The notes: a model not told the origin generated them from the letters alone. Shown: positions 25,870-39,862, counted from the first letter of the stretch. The stretch: DNA of 64,000 nt from Octopus bimaculoides (GCF_001194135.2 NC_068999.1:23583-87582), one strand, 5' to 3'. Program-made: numbers and translations.

Positions 25870-27451
25870 CTATCAAGACATCAGGTAGCCAAAACTGTGC
25901 CAATGCTTTACTCAACGCATCAACACACTAATAGGCGTATACTCATTAATCCAAAATATTACACACACACACACGTAAAATATGTGTGTATGTGTGTGTG
26001 TGTGTGTGTGTATCTGTGGCGTGTGTGTGTGTGTATCTGTGTGTGTGTGTGTGTATCTGTGTGGTGTGTGTTTGTGTTTGTTCCTGTGTGTCTTTGTGAT
26101 CGTCTGACAACCAGTGTCTGTCTGTTTATGACTTCGTAACTTATCAGTTTGGCAAAAGAGACTGATAAAATGAGTACCAGAGTTTAAAGTATAATTACTG
26201 AGGGTTGATGTTTTCTACTAAACCCTTCAAGGCTGTGCCCAAGCATGGCCACAATCCAATGACTGAAATATGAAACAGATTAATCCTTTAAATCCATTAC
26301 AAATGCAGTAGTCTGCAATGGTCTTCACAAATATAACATTAATGCTGCAGACGTGTGTCTCAAAGACCGAGTTACATGTTTGGAAGCAGGCAATATGTCA
26401 GTTCTCATCACATGACGGCTGACTTGCTGGGAATTCAACCAATGATCGGATGTTTACTGCTAGAGGATTTGGAGAAAAGATGAAAGTTGGCGATGATTAG
26501 AAGAGGAAGAAGAAAATAAATAGAAGTAGAAGGAGGGGGAAAACGAGGGTAGAAGAAAAGATCAGGACGACTAGGAAGAAAATGAGGATGATGAAGAGAA
26601 AGAAGGGAAGGAAAAGGATAAAGAAGTGGAAGAGGAGGACGAAGAAAACGAAGAGGAAAAAGAAAAGGGAGAGGGACAAAAAAAGGTAAGAGAAGAGAAA
26701 GAAAAAGTGGAAGAAGAGGAAGGAAAAGAAAGCCTTAATTTTTCTACAAAAATACAAAAAGAAAAGGAAAATATGGATCCACGGAAATTGACGTCACAGC
26801 CATGAATAAGAAGAAAGAGAAAACATAAAAAGATCAGGTTTACAATGAAGCGACAAGGTTTTCTAATGTCATCTGTGATTGAATATGTTGTGATGATTGG
26901 TTGGAGGCAGACAGAAGAGGAGCCACGTGACACGTGCAAAAGTTTAAAAACCTCAACTGGTTGCAATCAGGGTTAGTCATTATGAAAACATCATTATTAT
27001 GGCTAGAATAACACTTGAGGGTAGTCGAGTATAGAACGTGTTGTTGTTGTAGCGGTGGTGGTGGCGATGATGATGATGATGATGGCGTTGATAGTGATGA
27101 TGATGATGGTAATGACAATGATCATATGTCTGTTAGACATTGACGCCTTTCGTATAAACACTTAGACATATACACATACGCGCGCACACATGAACACACA
27201 CACACACACACACACCAGAGAAAGAGGAGGAGGAGGAGGAGGAAGCGAGTAGTAGTAGTAGAAGCGTCTAAGCGTAAGAAGTAATTGTAGGTGTAAGTGG
27301 GGAGGAGTCAAATGATGGTACCATTCCAAAATGATATTGTGGTATTCCTATGTAAACAAACTTCGAAAGATGGCCGTTTGACGAATCATTTTGTGTTTTG
27401 ACTTTTTCCAAGTCTTTTTTTGTTCTTTGGAGAGAAGGAAGAACGATCTAG

Positions 27452-27843
27452 TTTATTCTTTTATTCTTTTACTTGTTTCAGTCATTTGACTGTGGCCATG
27501 CTAGAGCATCGCCTTTAGTCGAGCAAATCGATCCCAGGACTTATTCTTTGTAAGCCGAGTACTTAGTATATCTGTTTCTTTTGCCGAACCGCTAATTTAC
27601 GGGGACATAAACTCACCAGCATCGGTTGTCAAGCGATGTTGGGGGACAAACACAGCACAGACACACACACACATATATATGCGACGGGTTACTTTCAGTT
27701 TCCGTCAACCAAATCCACTGACAAGGCTTTGGTCGGCCCGAGGCTATAGTAGAAGACATTACCCAAGGTGCCACGCAGCGGGACTGAACCCGGAACCATG
27801 TGGTTAGTAAGCAAACTACTTTCCACACAGCCACTCCTGCGGC
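27452..27843 (-). mobile_element. Full-length tRNA-derived CORE-type SINE (family B, OR-like) with internal microsatellite and CR1-derived tail
   Basis: tRNA-like head (gtggctgtgtgg...ggttccgggttcagtcc), CORE-like accttgggtaatgtcttctactatagcc, internal (TA)/(TG) repeat, tail agcatggccacagtcaaatgactgaaacaagtaaaagaata. Confidence 0.85.
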
Positions 27844-27988
27844 TATTTGTTTGTGATATATATGTGTGTGTGTGTGTGTATGAGTGTGTGTATGTATCAT
27901 TATATCTATATAACTGTGTTGTGTTTTATCTTGTTTTTAGTACACAACAATATTGAAGTCAGATGTAGGAGTATGTGTGTGTGTGTGC

Positions 27989-28088
<100 letters not shown>

Positions 28089-29244
28089 CTCTGTGTGTGT
28101 TGTGTGTGTAGGAATGTGTGAGTGCGTTTGTGTGTACGAGTATGAGATTACGAGAATGCGGCTGCTATTTCTAGCAGGTCAAGTGCCCTACAAACATTCC
28201 TCTATTTAGTTCCATGTTGTTAATATGATTAGGATGTCGTGGGTGGAAGAGTGGCAGAATCATTAGAGCACCGGACAAAATGCTTTGCAGTATTTCTTCG
28301 GGCCCTACGTTCAGAGTTCAAATGCCAACGAAATCAATTTTGATTCCATTCGGAGTCGATAAAATACTGGTTGAAGAATGGGGTCATTGTAATCGACTTA
28401 CACTCTCCCCTAAAAGTAGCTGGCTTTATGCTAAAATGGCAGCAAGCTGACCGAATTACTAGCACGCCGGATAAAATGCTTAAATACATTTCTTTCGGTT
28501 CTTTAATTCTGAATTCCAATACTGCCGAGGTCAACTTTGCCTTTAATCTTTTCGGCGTTGCTGGCATTGTGCCAAAATCATAAAGAATTATCATTGCTAT
28601 TACTATTGTTGTTCTTGTTATTTAGCCCCAGGTCAATACTGATTGAACTAGATCTAAGCCAGTCTACATATGGCTAATTTCCATCTTTTCAGACTCAGAC
28701 GAAATTATCTAATGCGTTCTTTCTCCTTTTCTCTTCATTTAAAAATAGAACTGTGCCATTTGATAGAAATTTAGTTGCTATTTCCAGCAAGCATAGCGAC
28801 TCACAGAATCTACACATTATCAGCCATGTTACTAACAGAATATTGTGCGAGCCGATATTCAAAAACACTCTTTCTCCATTTTATTTATGTCAAAACGACG
28901 ACTGTTTAATTCTTCTGCAAATATAATGAGCTTCTCTGATATGCATAAGCTACAGCTTCTATCGTTTTAGTTAGAAAGATGATAGTTTTAATAATGAAAT
29001 TTAACAGCTTTTAAAGCTACAGACACGTAATCTGAGATGCTGTCAGATAAAAGTTAAATAGCCAAAGAGATAGGTGTTGGAGGAGAGAATGCAGGTTTGC
29101 GATGTTTCAAAACTGATGACAAAACTTATTTTCTCTCTCTCTCCGTTATTCTCTCTTTCTTTACGTTATTCGTCTGTCTATCTCTTTCTCTGTCACTGCG
29201 TTCTTCTTCTTCTTCCTTCCTCTGCACACACACACACATATAAA

Positions 29245-29585
29245 GCAGACGGTTTCGGGTTCGTTTTCAGAGGCTGGATCGCTGCAATGCACAGCGGCAC
29301 CGGTTCAGTGGTCAAAGTAAACGGTCATCTATTGGAGCTGTTTGGCATCGCACGCTCGGTCCGTTAGGGCTGCTCGCTGTCTCCTCTTCTATACGTATTG
29401 GCACTCGAGTCACTGTTGCGGAAGTTTTAACAGCTAAGGGGCATCCCTTTCGAACTGGGACAAGGAAGGGCAGTGTCAGCATACGCGGACTATGTTACTG
29501 TTATGGTGTCGGACGCCTTCGAAGTGGAGACGGTTGGCACCATCCTAAAGGAATATGAGACGGTTGGTTTGCGGTTGGGCTCAAT
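29245..29585 (+). mobile_element. Second L1/Tx1 RT fragment of the same family
   Basis: GFGFVFRGWIAAMHSG..VVKVNGHL..SVR*GCSLSPLLYVLALE..AYADYVTV is paralogous to 5490-5860. Confidence 0.85.
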
Positions 29586-29926
29586 CCACTTTATATTATT
29601 GATATTCCTGTATAAACACTACAGATAATACGGAATTACACATGTATATTCAGTAATAAGAACTATCTCACTGTAGCATAGCATTTGTTAACCGATACCT
29701 GTAGACGAGCTTTGTAAAGCAAACTACAAGGTTTATACCTGTATAGAATTTACAAATACGCATGCGCGCGCACACACACAATACTTTTCACAAACGTTAA
29801 ACACATAATTTGAGTGTCAAAACGACTACTGTGGTAATTTTTCCACTTCAAAGCACGCTTGCATGTATGTATGTATGTGTGTGTGTATGTAGAGATGTAT
29901 GGATGGATATTTGTATGTATGTGCGT

Positions 29927-30007
<81 letters not shown>

Positions 30008-30789
30008 TAAGTGTGTGTAAAATGAATAATGGTTTACTAAAAATGCTTAAATCGTTTCTGTCATGTCTTCTTCACATAAGACAGCAAACATTGCACAAAA
30101 ACTTCAAATTTTATTGTCAGAAAGCTATAAAAACGGCGTAGATTACAGCAGACCAACATTATACAGAGTAAGTGTTTAATCAGTTATATTACAATATACA
30201 CCACTATTTAAATATTTTGAATAACAATCTACAGTAGACAACAAGTTTTTAGGCATTGCTTTGTTGCTTCGTTTCAATTTCCTGCTGTTTTTGTTGGTGT
30301 TTGTTGTATGTGTGTGTGTGTGTGTCTGTGTTTGGTTCTTGTATGGACTACATTCTGTTGTTGTTGTTTGTAGTTCTTGAATTGGGAATAAATATTCTGC
30401 AAAAATCTCTCTGCCAAGAATTTCGTTAAAGAATTCCTCGATCAAGTGTAAAACATTCAAGTGTTTGTAGAAGGGGAAAAAGAATTGAAATAACTGACGT
30501 AGATTCACACACACACACACACACGCACACACACACACACACAGAGTTCTTCATGCCCCATTTTTTTATATTCTCGGTTCAAATCCACCCAATGTTTGAC
30601 ATTCATTCCTCCAGGTCAATCTAATCGACTAAACCCTTCGCTCTAAAACTGCTAGCCTTGGGAAAAATTTGATACAGTTATTATTATCATTATTATTATT
30701 ATATTATTATTGAGTCAGGGAGCAGTGCAACCCGTCAAAGTGACAAAATGACATGGATGTTTGATTTTAATCACTCTCGGTACATGTCC

Positions 30790-31020
30790 TCAGGTTGCAC
30801 TGTCCTCAGATTGACACCCAAACATTCTGAAATGTTCGCATCAGAGCTTCCGGTGCGAATGCCAAATAGTGCAGCATGTCGTTTCCAAATTTCTGGCAGA
30901 GTGAATTGCGTCATGGTGCTGTTTTTCTCACAGACGCTACCCAACTGACCCTACCATACTGTGTAGTCGACAAAATCAAAATAAACAATGTGCATGCGCG
31001 AAATTAAAAACTATAAAATG
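30790..31020 (-). mobile_element. 5' fragment of a second maT-like copy
   Basis: Reverse complement aligns with 48650-48870 and encodes MTQFTLPEIWKRHAALFGIRTGSSDANISECLGVNLRTVQ. Confidence 0.85.
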
Positions 31021-32798
31021 GCACTGTATATATATATATATATATNNNNNNNNNNNNNNNNNNNNNNNNNNNNNNNNNNNNNNNNNNNNNNNNNNNNNNN
31101 NNNNNNNNNNNNNNNNNNNNNNNNNNNNNNNNNNNNNNNNNNNNNNNNNNNNNNNNNNNNNNNNNNNNNNNNNNNNNNNNNNNNNNNNNNNNNNNNNNNN
31201 NNNNNNNNNNNNNNNNNNNNNNNNNNNNNNNNNNNNNNNNNNNNNNNNNNNNNNNNNNNNNNNNNNNNNNNNNNNNNNNNNNNNNNNNNNNNNNNNNNNN
31301 NNNNNNNNNNNNNNNNNNNNNNNNNNNNNNNNNNNNNNNNNNNNNNNNNNNNNNNNNNNNNNNNNNNNNNNNNNNNNNNNNNNNNNNNNNNNNNNNNNNN
31401 NNNNNNNNNAAAGGCTTTACGGCCAGACGAGAAAAAATATTTGTGTATGAACGCTGTGAGGCACGAACTTGAAAGGGACGAAGTAGTTACGCGTGCTGGC
31501 TCGGCGATAGCCAAGGAAGAAAAGGATTATTGACCGGAAGCATGTGACTATGCCGGTGTAAGGGGAAGAGAGAGAGAGTGGTAGAGGGAGAAACAAAGGG
31601 AGGAAGTAGAAGAATAGGTGAGCAACGAGAGGAAAAGAGAAAGAGAGGAAGTACGAGGGGGGGAAAAGAGATACGTAGAAGTAAGAGAGGAAGAACGAGA
31701 GGGGTAAAGCGAGATACGTAGTAGTAAAGAGGAAGAACGAGAGGGGGGAAAATGAATTGGAGGCGCTGCGTTCAGTCATGTAAAAAGAAATAGTAAATGA
31801 GTATATGCATATATACGTACAGGTATGTGCGTACCGACATCCACCTGTATGTATAGGTGCATATCTGGGTACAGGACATTGCAAACAAAACGTAGACGGG
31901 AAAACACACAAGCCACGTATATGTATATTTATGCATGTAATTGTATGACTATTTTAATCAAATGGTTAAAATTCCCTTTCAAACAAGGAAGGACTCAATA
32001 CAATGGAATGTAGAGCTAAACTTTTGTATATACACGGACAGATGGACCCTTTATTGTACAAAGGTTTCAGAACTTATTTCGAACTTAACTAGGATTTTCA
32101 GAGATATCGACATGCCGGTCGCTAAACCGTTACACTATTGTCAGTGGTAGTTCTGTCTATAAATACTGCCCCACTCCCGTCTGCACGAAATTAAACTAAA
32201 CAAAGATAAATAAATAAATGAATAAATAAACAAAACGAAAATATAAACCCAAGGTCAAAATGCAATAAAAGAAGACAACCGGTGAAATCAAGTGCAGAAT
32301 GTGATGCACCGGAAGTTGTTATAAATATAACCTACACGTGACATGAAAATAAGAAGATTCACAGCCGCTGGGAGATGACGGTTCATTGCTCAGCACACAC
32401 AAATACGAACACGCGCGCACGTACACATTCACACACATGTATGAATATAAAGAAATATGCTCGTAGATTCACATCCATGCACATGTAGAGAACGTACTCA
32501 TATATACGCATATACACACACACACATGCAAACGCGAGTATGCACTCTTAAACAAGCACAAGCACACATATAGACGCACCCACACCCACACAAAAGTCAT
32601 ATACATACATTTACAACACACATAAGCATATACACAAAAGACATATAAACACGCATATGTACAAATAAGGCGTACACACACACACACAAACCTTCAAACA
32701 CATGCATAAACCCAAACACAAATATACACAAGTACAAACGCACTTAAATACCCACATACGCGAAAGAGCATACGCTCAAACTCACATATAATTCCACG

Positions 32799-32831
<33 letters not shown>

Positions 32832-33105
32832 CTACACGCATACACATAAGTACACACACAGACAGGGACACTGACTTCCACTGACGAGATTGTTTTCTTC
32901 CAATGATCTGCTCTCGTATGTTAGACCAATAACAACAGCAGCAAAACTTCATGCTTCCGCCTCACGTGACGAACCGGAAATAGGAAGAGCAGGTGTGAAG
33001 TAATTAAGGTATTATATGTATGTATGTGTGAATGTATACATGTACGTATGTAAGTGTGTGCGTGTGTAAGTTTGTCTATGTATGTATGTATCTATCTATC
33101 TATCT

Positions 33106-33256
<151 letters not shown>

Positions 33257-33457
33257 TGCAGAGGTGAATGTGTCTGTATGCGTATTTGCTCATTAATGAA
33301 CATTGATAATGAGTCAGTGACAAGGTTTACAGTGTTATTGTTAGTGACGACAGTTGTCTCTGCGGTCTATCTGTGATATAAACACACCATATATTTTTGC
33401 ATGTATGTATGTATGTATGTATGTGTGTGTGTGTGTGTATGTATGTATGCATGAATG

Positions 33458-35565
33458 TATTATTCAGTTTATTTCAAGATTTCTTGCCAATAGAGAAAGA
33501 ACCGGTTTCTAGCCTAGATCCAAGGCTCCTTCATTGGAATGTCAACAATCAACAACAGGCTATTTTTGTTTGTATGTATGCATATATATATATATGTATG
33601 TATGCATGTATGTATAGATTTGTATGTTTTATGTATATATTCTCATGCATATAGTTGCATATCTAGGAATGCTCATATTTAAATGATAACTTCTGAAAAG
33701 TTTTACAGATTTTTACAGTTCCAGTGATGGATTGGATCTGTAGTCTTCGAATCAGCTTTCTCTTTTCTGGTTTTGAGAAGCCTAATTTCTCAAGATTGGT
33801 ATTTAGGCAGTGTGTTACATATACCATGGCCCCAATAATTACAGGTATAATTATATGCTTGCAAACTCGATAGAATAATGCACATTTCTCAATAGTTCAG
33901 CATAGGTGTTCTCATCTTCACTGATCTTCAGTTTTATGTTAACATCCGCTGGGCAGCTAATTTCCACAGCTGTGCGCAGTTTCTCGTCTTTATGCCAAAT
34001 CATTACATCAGGTCTGTTGTGCTTACATTCTATTGAGCTCTTCACTGGGACATTCCACTAGTAGTCCGTTTTATTATGAGTGGTTATAGGTTCTTATTTC
34101 TTTGTTATCAAGATTATACTTCCGACGGATTTCATTATAGAGAGTCCTAGCTACAACGCCATGTCTCATCGGTAGATAATACCGTGATGACATTTTCGGA
34201 CCACTGCTTATGATGTGGCTGATATCTTCAGTGTGAACTCCACAAAGTCTGCATCGGTCGTCGCATTTTACGGTTTTCCTGCATACCTGTCCCTTTTGTG
34301 CATCAGGTACTTGGTTGATATTTCCTGTTCCTGGATTGCAAACGCATACCCTTCAAAGTGGGAGGTAGTAATCCGGCTATTGATCCATGACAAACTTCCT
34401 TGATGATCGATGCTACTATCATCACGGAGATTTCTACTGACATATCCCTGCATAATCTTCTGCTCACACAGGTACATCCTTTCATTTGATGATAGGTTGC
34501 GGTAGAGTCGAGCGTCTTCTTTGGGCATGTATTCTAGGTTACCAGACAAAGAGTGTTGCTCAAAAGCTGCCTTCCAAGTCTTATGATGTTATCAGCCTCA
34601 TGTATGCAAACTTGGTCAAGGGATGCACTTTGACACTTGGTGGTTAAAAAATGTTGCCGAAGGGATATGATGCGACATTCAAAGGCATTTTGTATCGATG
34701 TTAAGCCTCTGCCGCCTTGGTGACGTAGTGGCGGTCTACGTCACAGTTTATGTGAAAATTATGTGTGCTTGTCAGTATTTTTCATATTTTCATACCAATG
34801 GCTCGGATCTCATCAAGAGTCCAGTCAAACAGCCCAAATGTTAGTATGAGTACTAGCACTGCAAAGACATTGTGAGCCACTGTTTTATTGAATGCAGAAA
34901 GTTCTGGGGCTCAAATTTTCTTTATTCGGCTGTAATATTCTTTAGTGACACGTTTTTTGTTACAGCTGCCATTGTAAGATATATTTCAATCCACCCCTAG
35001 ATACCTGTAACATTCCTCGTCAAATACAGGGGGAAACAAATCATTGGAGATGTTAGTCTGGTTTATAGTTTCCCCACTTTTCACAACCATATATAAACAT
35101 TTATTCTGACCAAACTCCAATTCTGCACCCTTTGAGAATGTTGTAATTAGGTCAAGGCTCTTTTTTTTTTATCTCATGCATATTCTTTGCATAAAGTTTT
35201 AAGTCATCCACAAAGAAACAGTGTGTAATTTTGGTATTTCTGTTTCCTTGTGAACCAGTGAGATATCCTTCAGACTTCCTTAATATGAATGACACTGGGT
35301 TTACAGAAAGTATAAATAACATCACAGAGAGGCTGTCTCCTTGGAATATGCCTTTGCGATACTGTATTCTATCGGTGATAATACAGTGACTCTTTGTGTT
35401 TAATTTTAAAATGGTGGCCCACGATGAAGTCAGGTCAGCTATTGCTTTGACTGTTCTCTCTGCAACTTTAGCAAGTTGAAGGGCTTCTTCTAGCATCCAT
35501 GAGTCGGGAACAGAGTCAAAGGCTTTCTTGTAGTCTCGCCACGTTGAAACTAGGTTCCACCTATG
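33458..35565 (-). mobile_element. 5'-truncated R4/Dong-like LINE (~2.1 kb), distinct subfamily
   Basis: RT motifs DYKKAFDSV, KGIFQGDSLS and FVDDLKLY; RLE KHNRPDVMIW..EISCP; 3' UTR ending aaataaactgaataat. Both ends lie in (CATA)n/(TATG)n repeat context. Confidence 0.9.
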
Positions 35566-36051
35566 CTCATGTATGAATGTATGTATATATATATATATAT
35601 ATATATNNNNNNNNNNNNNNNNNNNNNNNNNNNNNNNNNNNNNNNNNNNNNNNNNNNNNNNNNNNNNNNNNNNNNNNNNNNNNNNNNNNNNNNNNNNNNN
35701 NNNNNNNNNNNNNNNNNNNNNNNNNNNNNNNNNNNNNNNNNNNNNNNNNNNNNNNNNNNNNNNNNNNNNNNNNNNNNNNNNNNNNNNNNNNNNNNNNNNN
35801 NNNNNNNNNNNNNNNNNNNNNNNNNNNNNNNNNNNNNNNNNNNNNNNNNNNNNNNNNNNNNNNNNNNNNNNNNNNNNNNNNNNNNNNNNNNNNNNNNNNN
35901 NNNNNNNNNNNNNNNNNNNNNNNNNNNNNNNNNNNNNNNNNNNNNNNNNNNNNNNNNNNNNNNNNNNNNNNNNNNNNNNNNNNNNNNNNNNNNNNNNNNN
36001 NNNNNNNNNNNNNNNNNNNNNNNNNNNNNNNNNNNNNNNNNNNNNNNNTGA

Positions 36052-36087
<36 letters not shown>

Positions 36088-36559
36088 GGATGAACTCATA
36101 CTGATTATAAATTTTAGGCGTATATAGAACTAATTTATACAATGCCTATTTTCCTTACTTAAAATGGTAATGTGATTTGAGATAGATTTGTGTTCTATTT
36201 CTTGCAGGCCTTTATAACTGCAGTTATGCTTAAAATATAACAACAACAACATGCACTGATAACGAAACCAGAACAAACAGAACTGATGTTATCACCGAAC
36301 AGTTAAACATTGAAAATAAAGAGTAATTTGTACTCTTGTAGAATTTGCAATTGTGATTTTAGGGAAACTGTGATAATAATGCATCCAAAAGATTACGGTG
36401 GATAACGTCTCTACGATGTTGATTTTAAAAATAAGGAGCCTTCAGCTGTTTTGGCGTTTCCTTTCCTACACTTTTGTTATTCTTTTATTCGATATGAAAG
36501 TTTCGTTTGTTATTTAAGTATAGACTAACATCACTAAAAATAACAAAAGCTGAAAAAAA

Positions 36560-37470
36560 AAAAAAAAAACTTGGGTCAGCTTTACTTGTGAAGTGACATA
36601 AAAGATCGTACCATCTTTTTTGTGACAGAAAACACCTGTTATGCCATTTTTGTTACACAAAGAAACATGGTTCTTGTTTTCTTGTAACACAAACAATCTG
36701 ACACCGCCTTCCTTGTGACACAAAACAATCTGTATTAACTTTTTGTCACACACAAAAAGATCTTAACTTTCTCGTAATACAAACAGCCAATAAGGCCTTT
36801 TTTGTGAAACAAAGCACTTGGTATGTCTTCCTTGTAACACAGAGAAACCAGGTCCTTGCTTTCCTAGCACACAATCTGATATCACGTTTCTTGTGACAAA
36901 AAACACATTTTATCTTTCTAGAAACACAATTTGATTTCCTGTAGCACAGACAATCCAAAGCGGTCTTTCTTGTGAAATAAGATCTTTTATATTTTTCTTG
37001 TCACACAAAAGAAACTTTTGTCACTTTTCTTGTGATACCCAATCTAACACCACCGGTGACACATAACACCTGTTATGTCATTCTTGTAATACAAACAAAT
37101 GCAGTCTTTGTTTTATTGTGACACAAGAGAATCCGCTTATCTTGCTTGTAGCTCAAGAGAATCTATTTATCTGTCTTGTAGCAGAGAATGTATTTATCTG
37201 TCTTGTAGCACTACCCCCCCCCCAAAAAAAAAAACAAACAACAAAACAAAGTCCTGTTTTCTTGTGAAAAAAGAACAGGACTTAACTTTTAAAGCAAAGA
37301 AACCTGATCTGGGTTTTCTTGCTTGTCTACTAATCTAGTTCCATATGACACAAGTTCCATATGACGCAAGAAAATCTGGTTTTCATGCGACACAAAAAGA
37401 CATGGTCATCACTTTCTTGTGACTCAAAACAGCCTGCTCGTCTCTTCGTTTTGACACGAAACCACTTGTT
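36560..37470. repeat. Degenerate array (~25 units, ~30-35 bp spacing) of a TTTCTTGTGACACAAAA-like motif
   Basis: Repeated cores such as ttccttgtgacacaaaa, tttcttgtaacacaaac, tttcttgtcacacaaaa and tttcttgtgactcaaaa, separated by variable linkers. Confidence 0.75.
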
Positions 37471-38384
37471 CTATCTTTACCCAGTTTCCTCTTTTACTCA
37501 GGCTATGGACTGACCTTTATCTGCATTTGAATAGCAATAACTAAGTGAAGACCAGTTGGTTCTGTCGTAAGGGGGAAGAGGAGAGAGGGGTAGAGAAGAG
37601 ATGGGGGAGTGGAGAGTTACAAAAACAACTTCAGATAAAATACCTTTACGTTCTAAGTTCAAATGCGACCGGGCTAATTCTTATCTTCTAACCCTCCTTG
37701 GGGCAACAAATCAGCAACTCAAATACTGGGATCGATTAAGTAAAAAAAAAGAAACGTGTGGCCTTCTATCTAATCTAAGTAACCACAACAACAACAACAA
37801 CAACAACAAAACCACCACCACCACCACGCAGGCTTTGCTGTGCTTTGAACCCACAACTTTTGAGTAACTCAGCACCTTACCCACTCTGCTATATGGTCCT
37901 TTCTTTATGGCCATGCAGAATTAATTAATTAACATTCTTCTAAATTTATCTAATGAGTTTTTAATGGTTTGCATCTTCTATAAAATTAAAACACTCTAAA
38001 TTATGTGACCCAATGATTGCCTGATTCTTTACATATTCACATTTAAATTTAATTAACATGATTAAAGTTATGTTGCTTAATGAGATCTTAATGGTTTAAT
38101 CAAGAGAAAGGAACATTTTCTATGATCTTTGACCCCCGCTCTCCCTCTATTGATGAGATTTATAAGGACTAAATAGCCTTAACAAATCCGTTTTTAAGGA
38201 AAGTTCGATATTAAAGAGATTTAAAAATCTATTGATTTCTATTGATCTGATCAGAAATTCGTTGTTGGCATCAACACGTGATACAGACACCGGGTCGCTA
38301 TAAATATATCATCATCATCCTCATCATCAAATACTGGACATTATAATCTGAAGTGTAAGGACTGAAAGGGCTTGTTACCCGATT

Positions 38385-38560
38385 TCCATGGCGTATAAGT
38401 GGCCGAGATTACAACATTTCCATCCGAACGGGAAACCAATCCGTCGCAGGGTTACTCCTTTACAGCTGAGTGAACTGGGGCAACCAGCGCACCACCAGGC
38501 CCGAGAATCGAACCCACGGTCTTACGAACATGAGCACAACAGCCTCAGCACTAGGCCACA
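38385..38560 (-). mobile_element. Third tRNA-derived SINE family
   Basis: Reverse-strand tRNA-like head (gtggcctagtgctgaggctg...gtgggttcgattctcggg) followed by ttgccccagttcactcagctgtaaa. Confidence 0.6.
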
Positions 38561-39218
38561 CGCTTTCATTAAAGCATATGACCGGCATTTATTTGATCAG
38601 TTGTTGTGTGATGTAAGAAATTTAAAAGAAGAGATGATTTCAATGGGGTTCGAACTTAGAATGTGCTGCTGACTGGATGTGGTCTTTCTCTCTGCTCACT
38701 TCCCCGCGGAACGGGTGCAGACAAGGAGTTTCCTACATTTCTATAGAACGAGAAATATAATTGAACGATCTTTTGATAATGCTGGTATTCATTTTATCGG
38801 TACTGGAGGGAAGAAATGTAAAGTCTAACCCTTCGCGATGTGAACTCACAAAAATGAAGTGGCGTAATTAGATTATTATTCTTTACCTTTTCTGCCATTT
38901 CATCATTCAATGAGGCAGTGAAAAAAAAGTAAAACAAAAAATCCCCTCCTTCGATCTATTTTGGTTTGGTTGACAACCATGCAGGTTATTCGTGCCTACG
39001 TTTGCTGTAGTCAGTCTCTTTATCAGCGTGATGCATCGTGACAATATCCTTCTTCCGTCTTGCTGAAAGAATTCTGTAATAGAACGGCCATCACTCGTCG
39101 ACCGTCTCAGCTGGTTGGCAGCCCCCCCCACCCAGTCAGTCAAAATCGAGAGGATACATTTATTTAAACCACAGCTCAAGTAAAACTTACTGTCTTTGTT
39201 GTTGCTGTTTACGTCTAG

Positions 39219-39432
39219 GTTAATCCTGACCAAACTGACGTTTAATCATAAACTTTTCAACCGCGAGATCGTTTCGATGATTCAATATCTTGATACAGTG
39301 CTTTCTCAGGTGGTAGTAGCTCAGGAGTTCTCATTTTTTATCCCACCAACAGATTCAATGGTTCTGAAAAAGGCTTTGGACATTTATCTTCAAAAACTGC
39401 GAGACCTGAGCATGATGGATATACTATTTTAA
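39219..39432 (+). CDS. Candidate terminal exon of an unidentified plus-strand gene
   Basis: CTTAC branch-like site at 39186-39190 and a pyrimidine-rich tract ending ctag. Open frame LILTKLTFNHKLFNREIVSMIQYLDTVLSQVVVAQEFSFFIPPTDSMVLKKALDIYLQKLRDLSMMDILF*, with AATAAA at 39445-39450. Confidence 0.4.
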
Positions 39433-39727
39433 TATATCCAAACAAATAAAATGTAATAGCCACAGGCACTGTCACAATTTGAAATAAGAACTGTGAGCAA
39501 CACAACTGAATATTGCACAGCGTTTAGCCCACTGATTCACCGTTTATACCAGCGCCCTCTATCGATGTCTCTTAATTTACTTGGAAATTCAATTTCATTT
39601 ATATTTGTTTTGATGGTGATTTGGTGGATAGGCATTCTTATACTTTACGTGATATAAATCTGCATGTGATTTAAATATTTAGATGTACATATATACATGC
39701 ATGCATACATACATACATACATACATA

Positions 39728-39785
39728 TTAGAAACCGGTTCTTTCTCTATTGGCAAGAAATCTTAAAATAAAACTGAACAATGAC
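39728..39785 (+). mobile_element. Extreme 3' end of the same R4/Dong-like family as 33458-35565
   Basis: agaaaccggttctttctctattggcaagaaatctt..aaataaaactgaa is nearly identical to the reverse complement of 33460-33515; it sits inside (CATA)n. Confidence 0.8.
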
Positions 39786-39815
39786 ATACATACATACAGG
39801 CATGCATACATACTT

Positions 39816-39862
<47 letters not shown>

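Noticed and set aside
36560-37470. CRISPR array interpretation of the repeat-spacer block
   Set aside because: Repeats are far too degenerate, linkers are short and partly related, there are no cas genes, and the context is eukaryotic.
38907-39233. 108-aa minus-strand ORF as an exon of the thioredoxin-like gene
   Set aside because: No convincing acceptor/donor pair in a compatible phase and no domain similarity.
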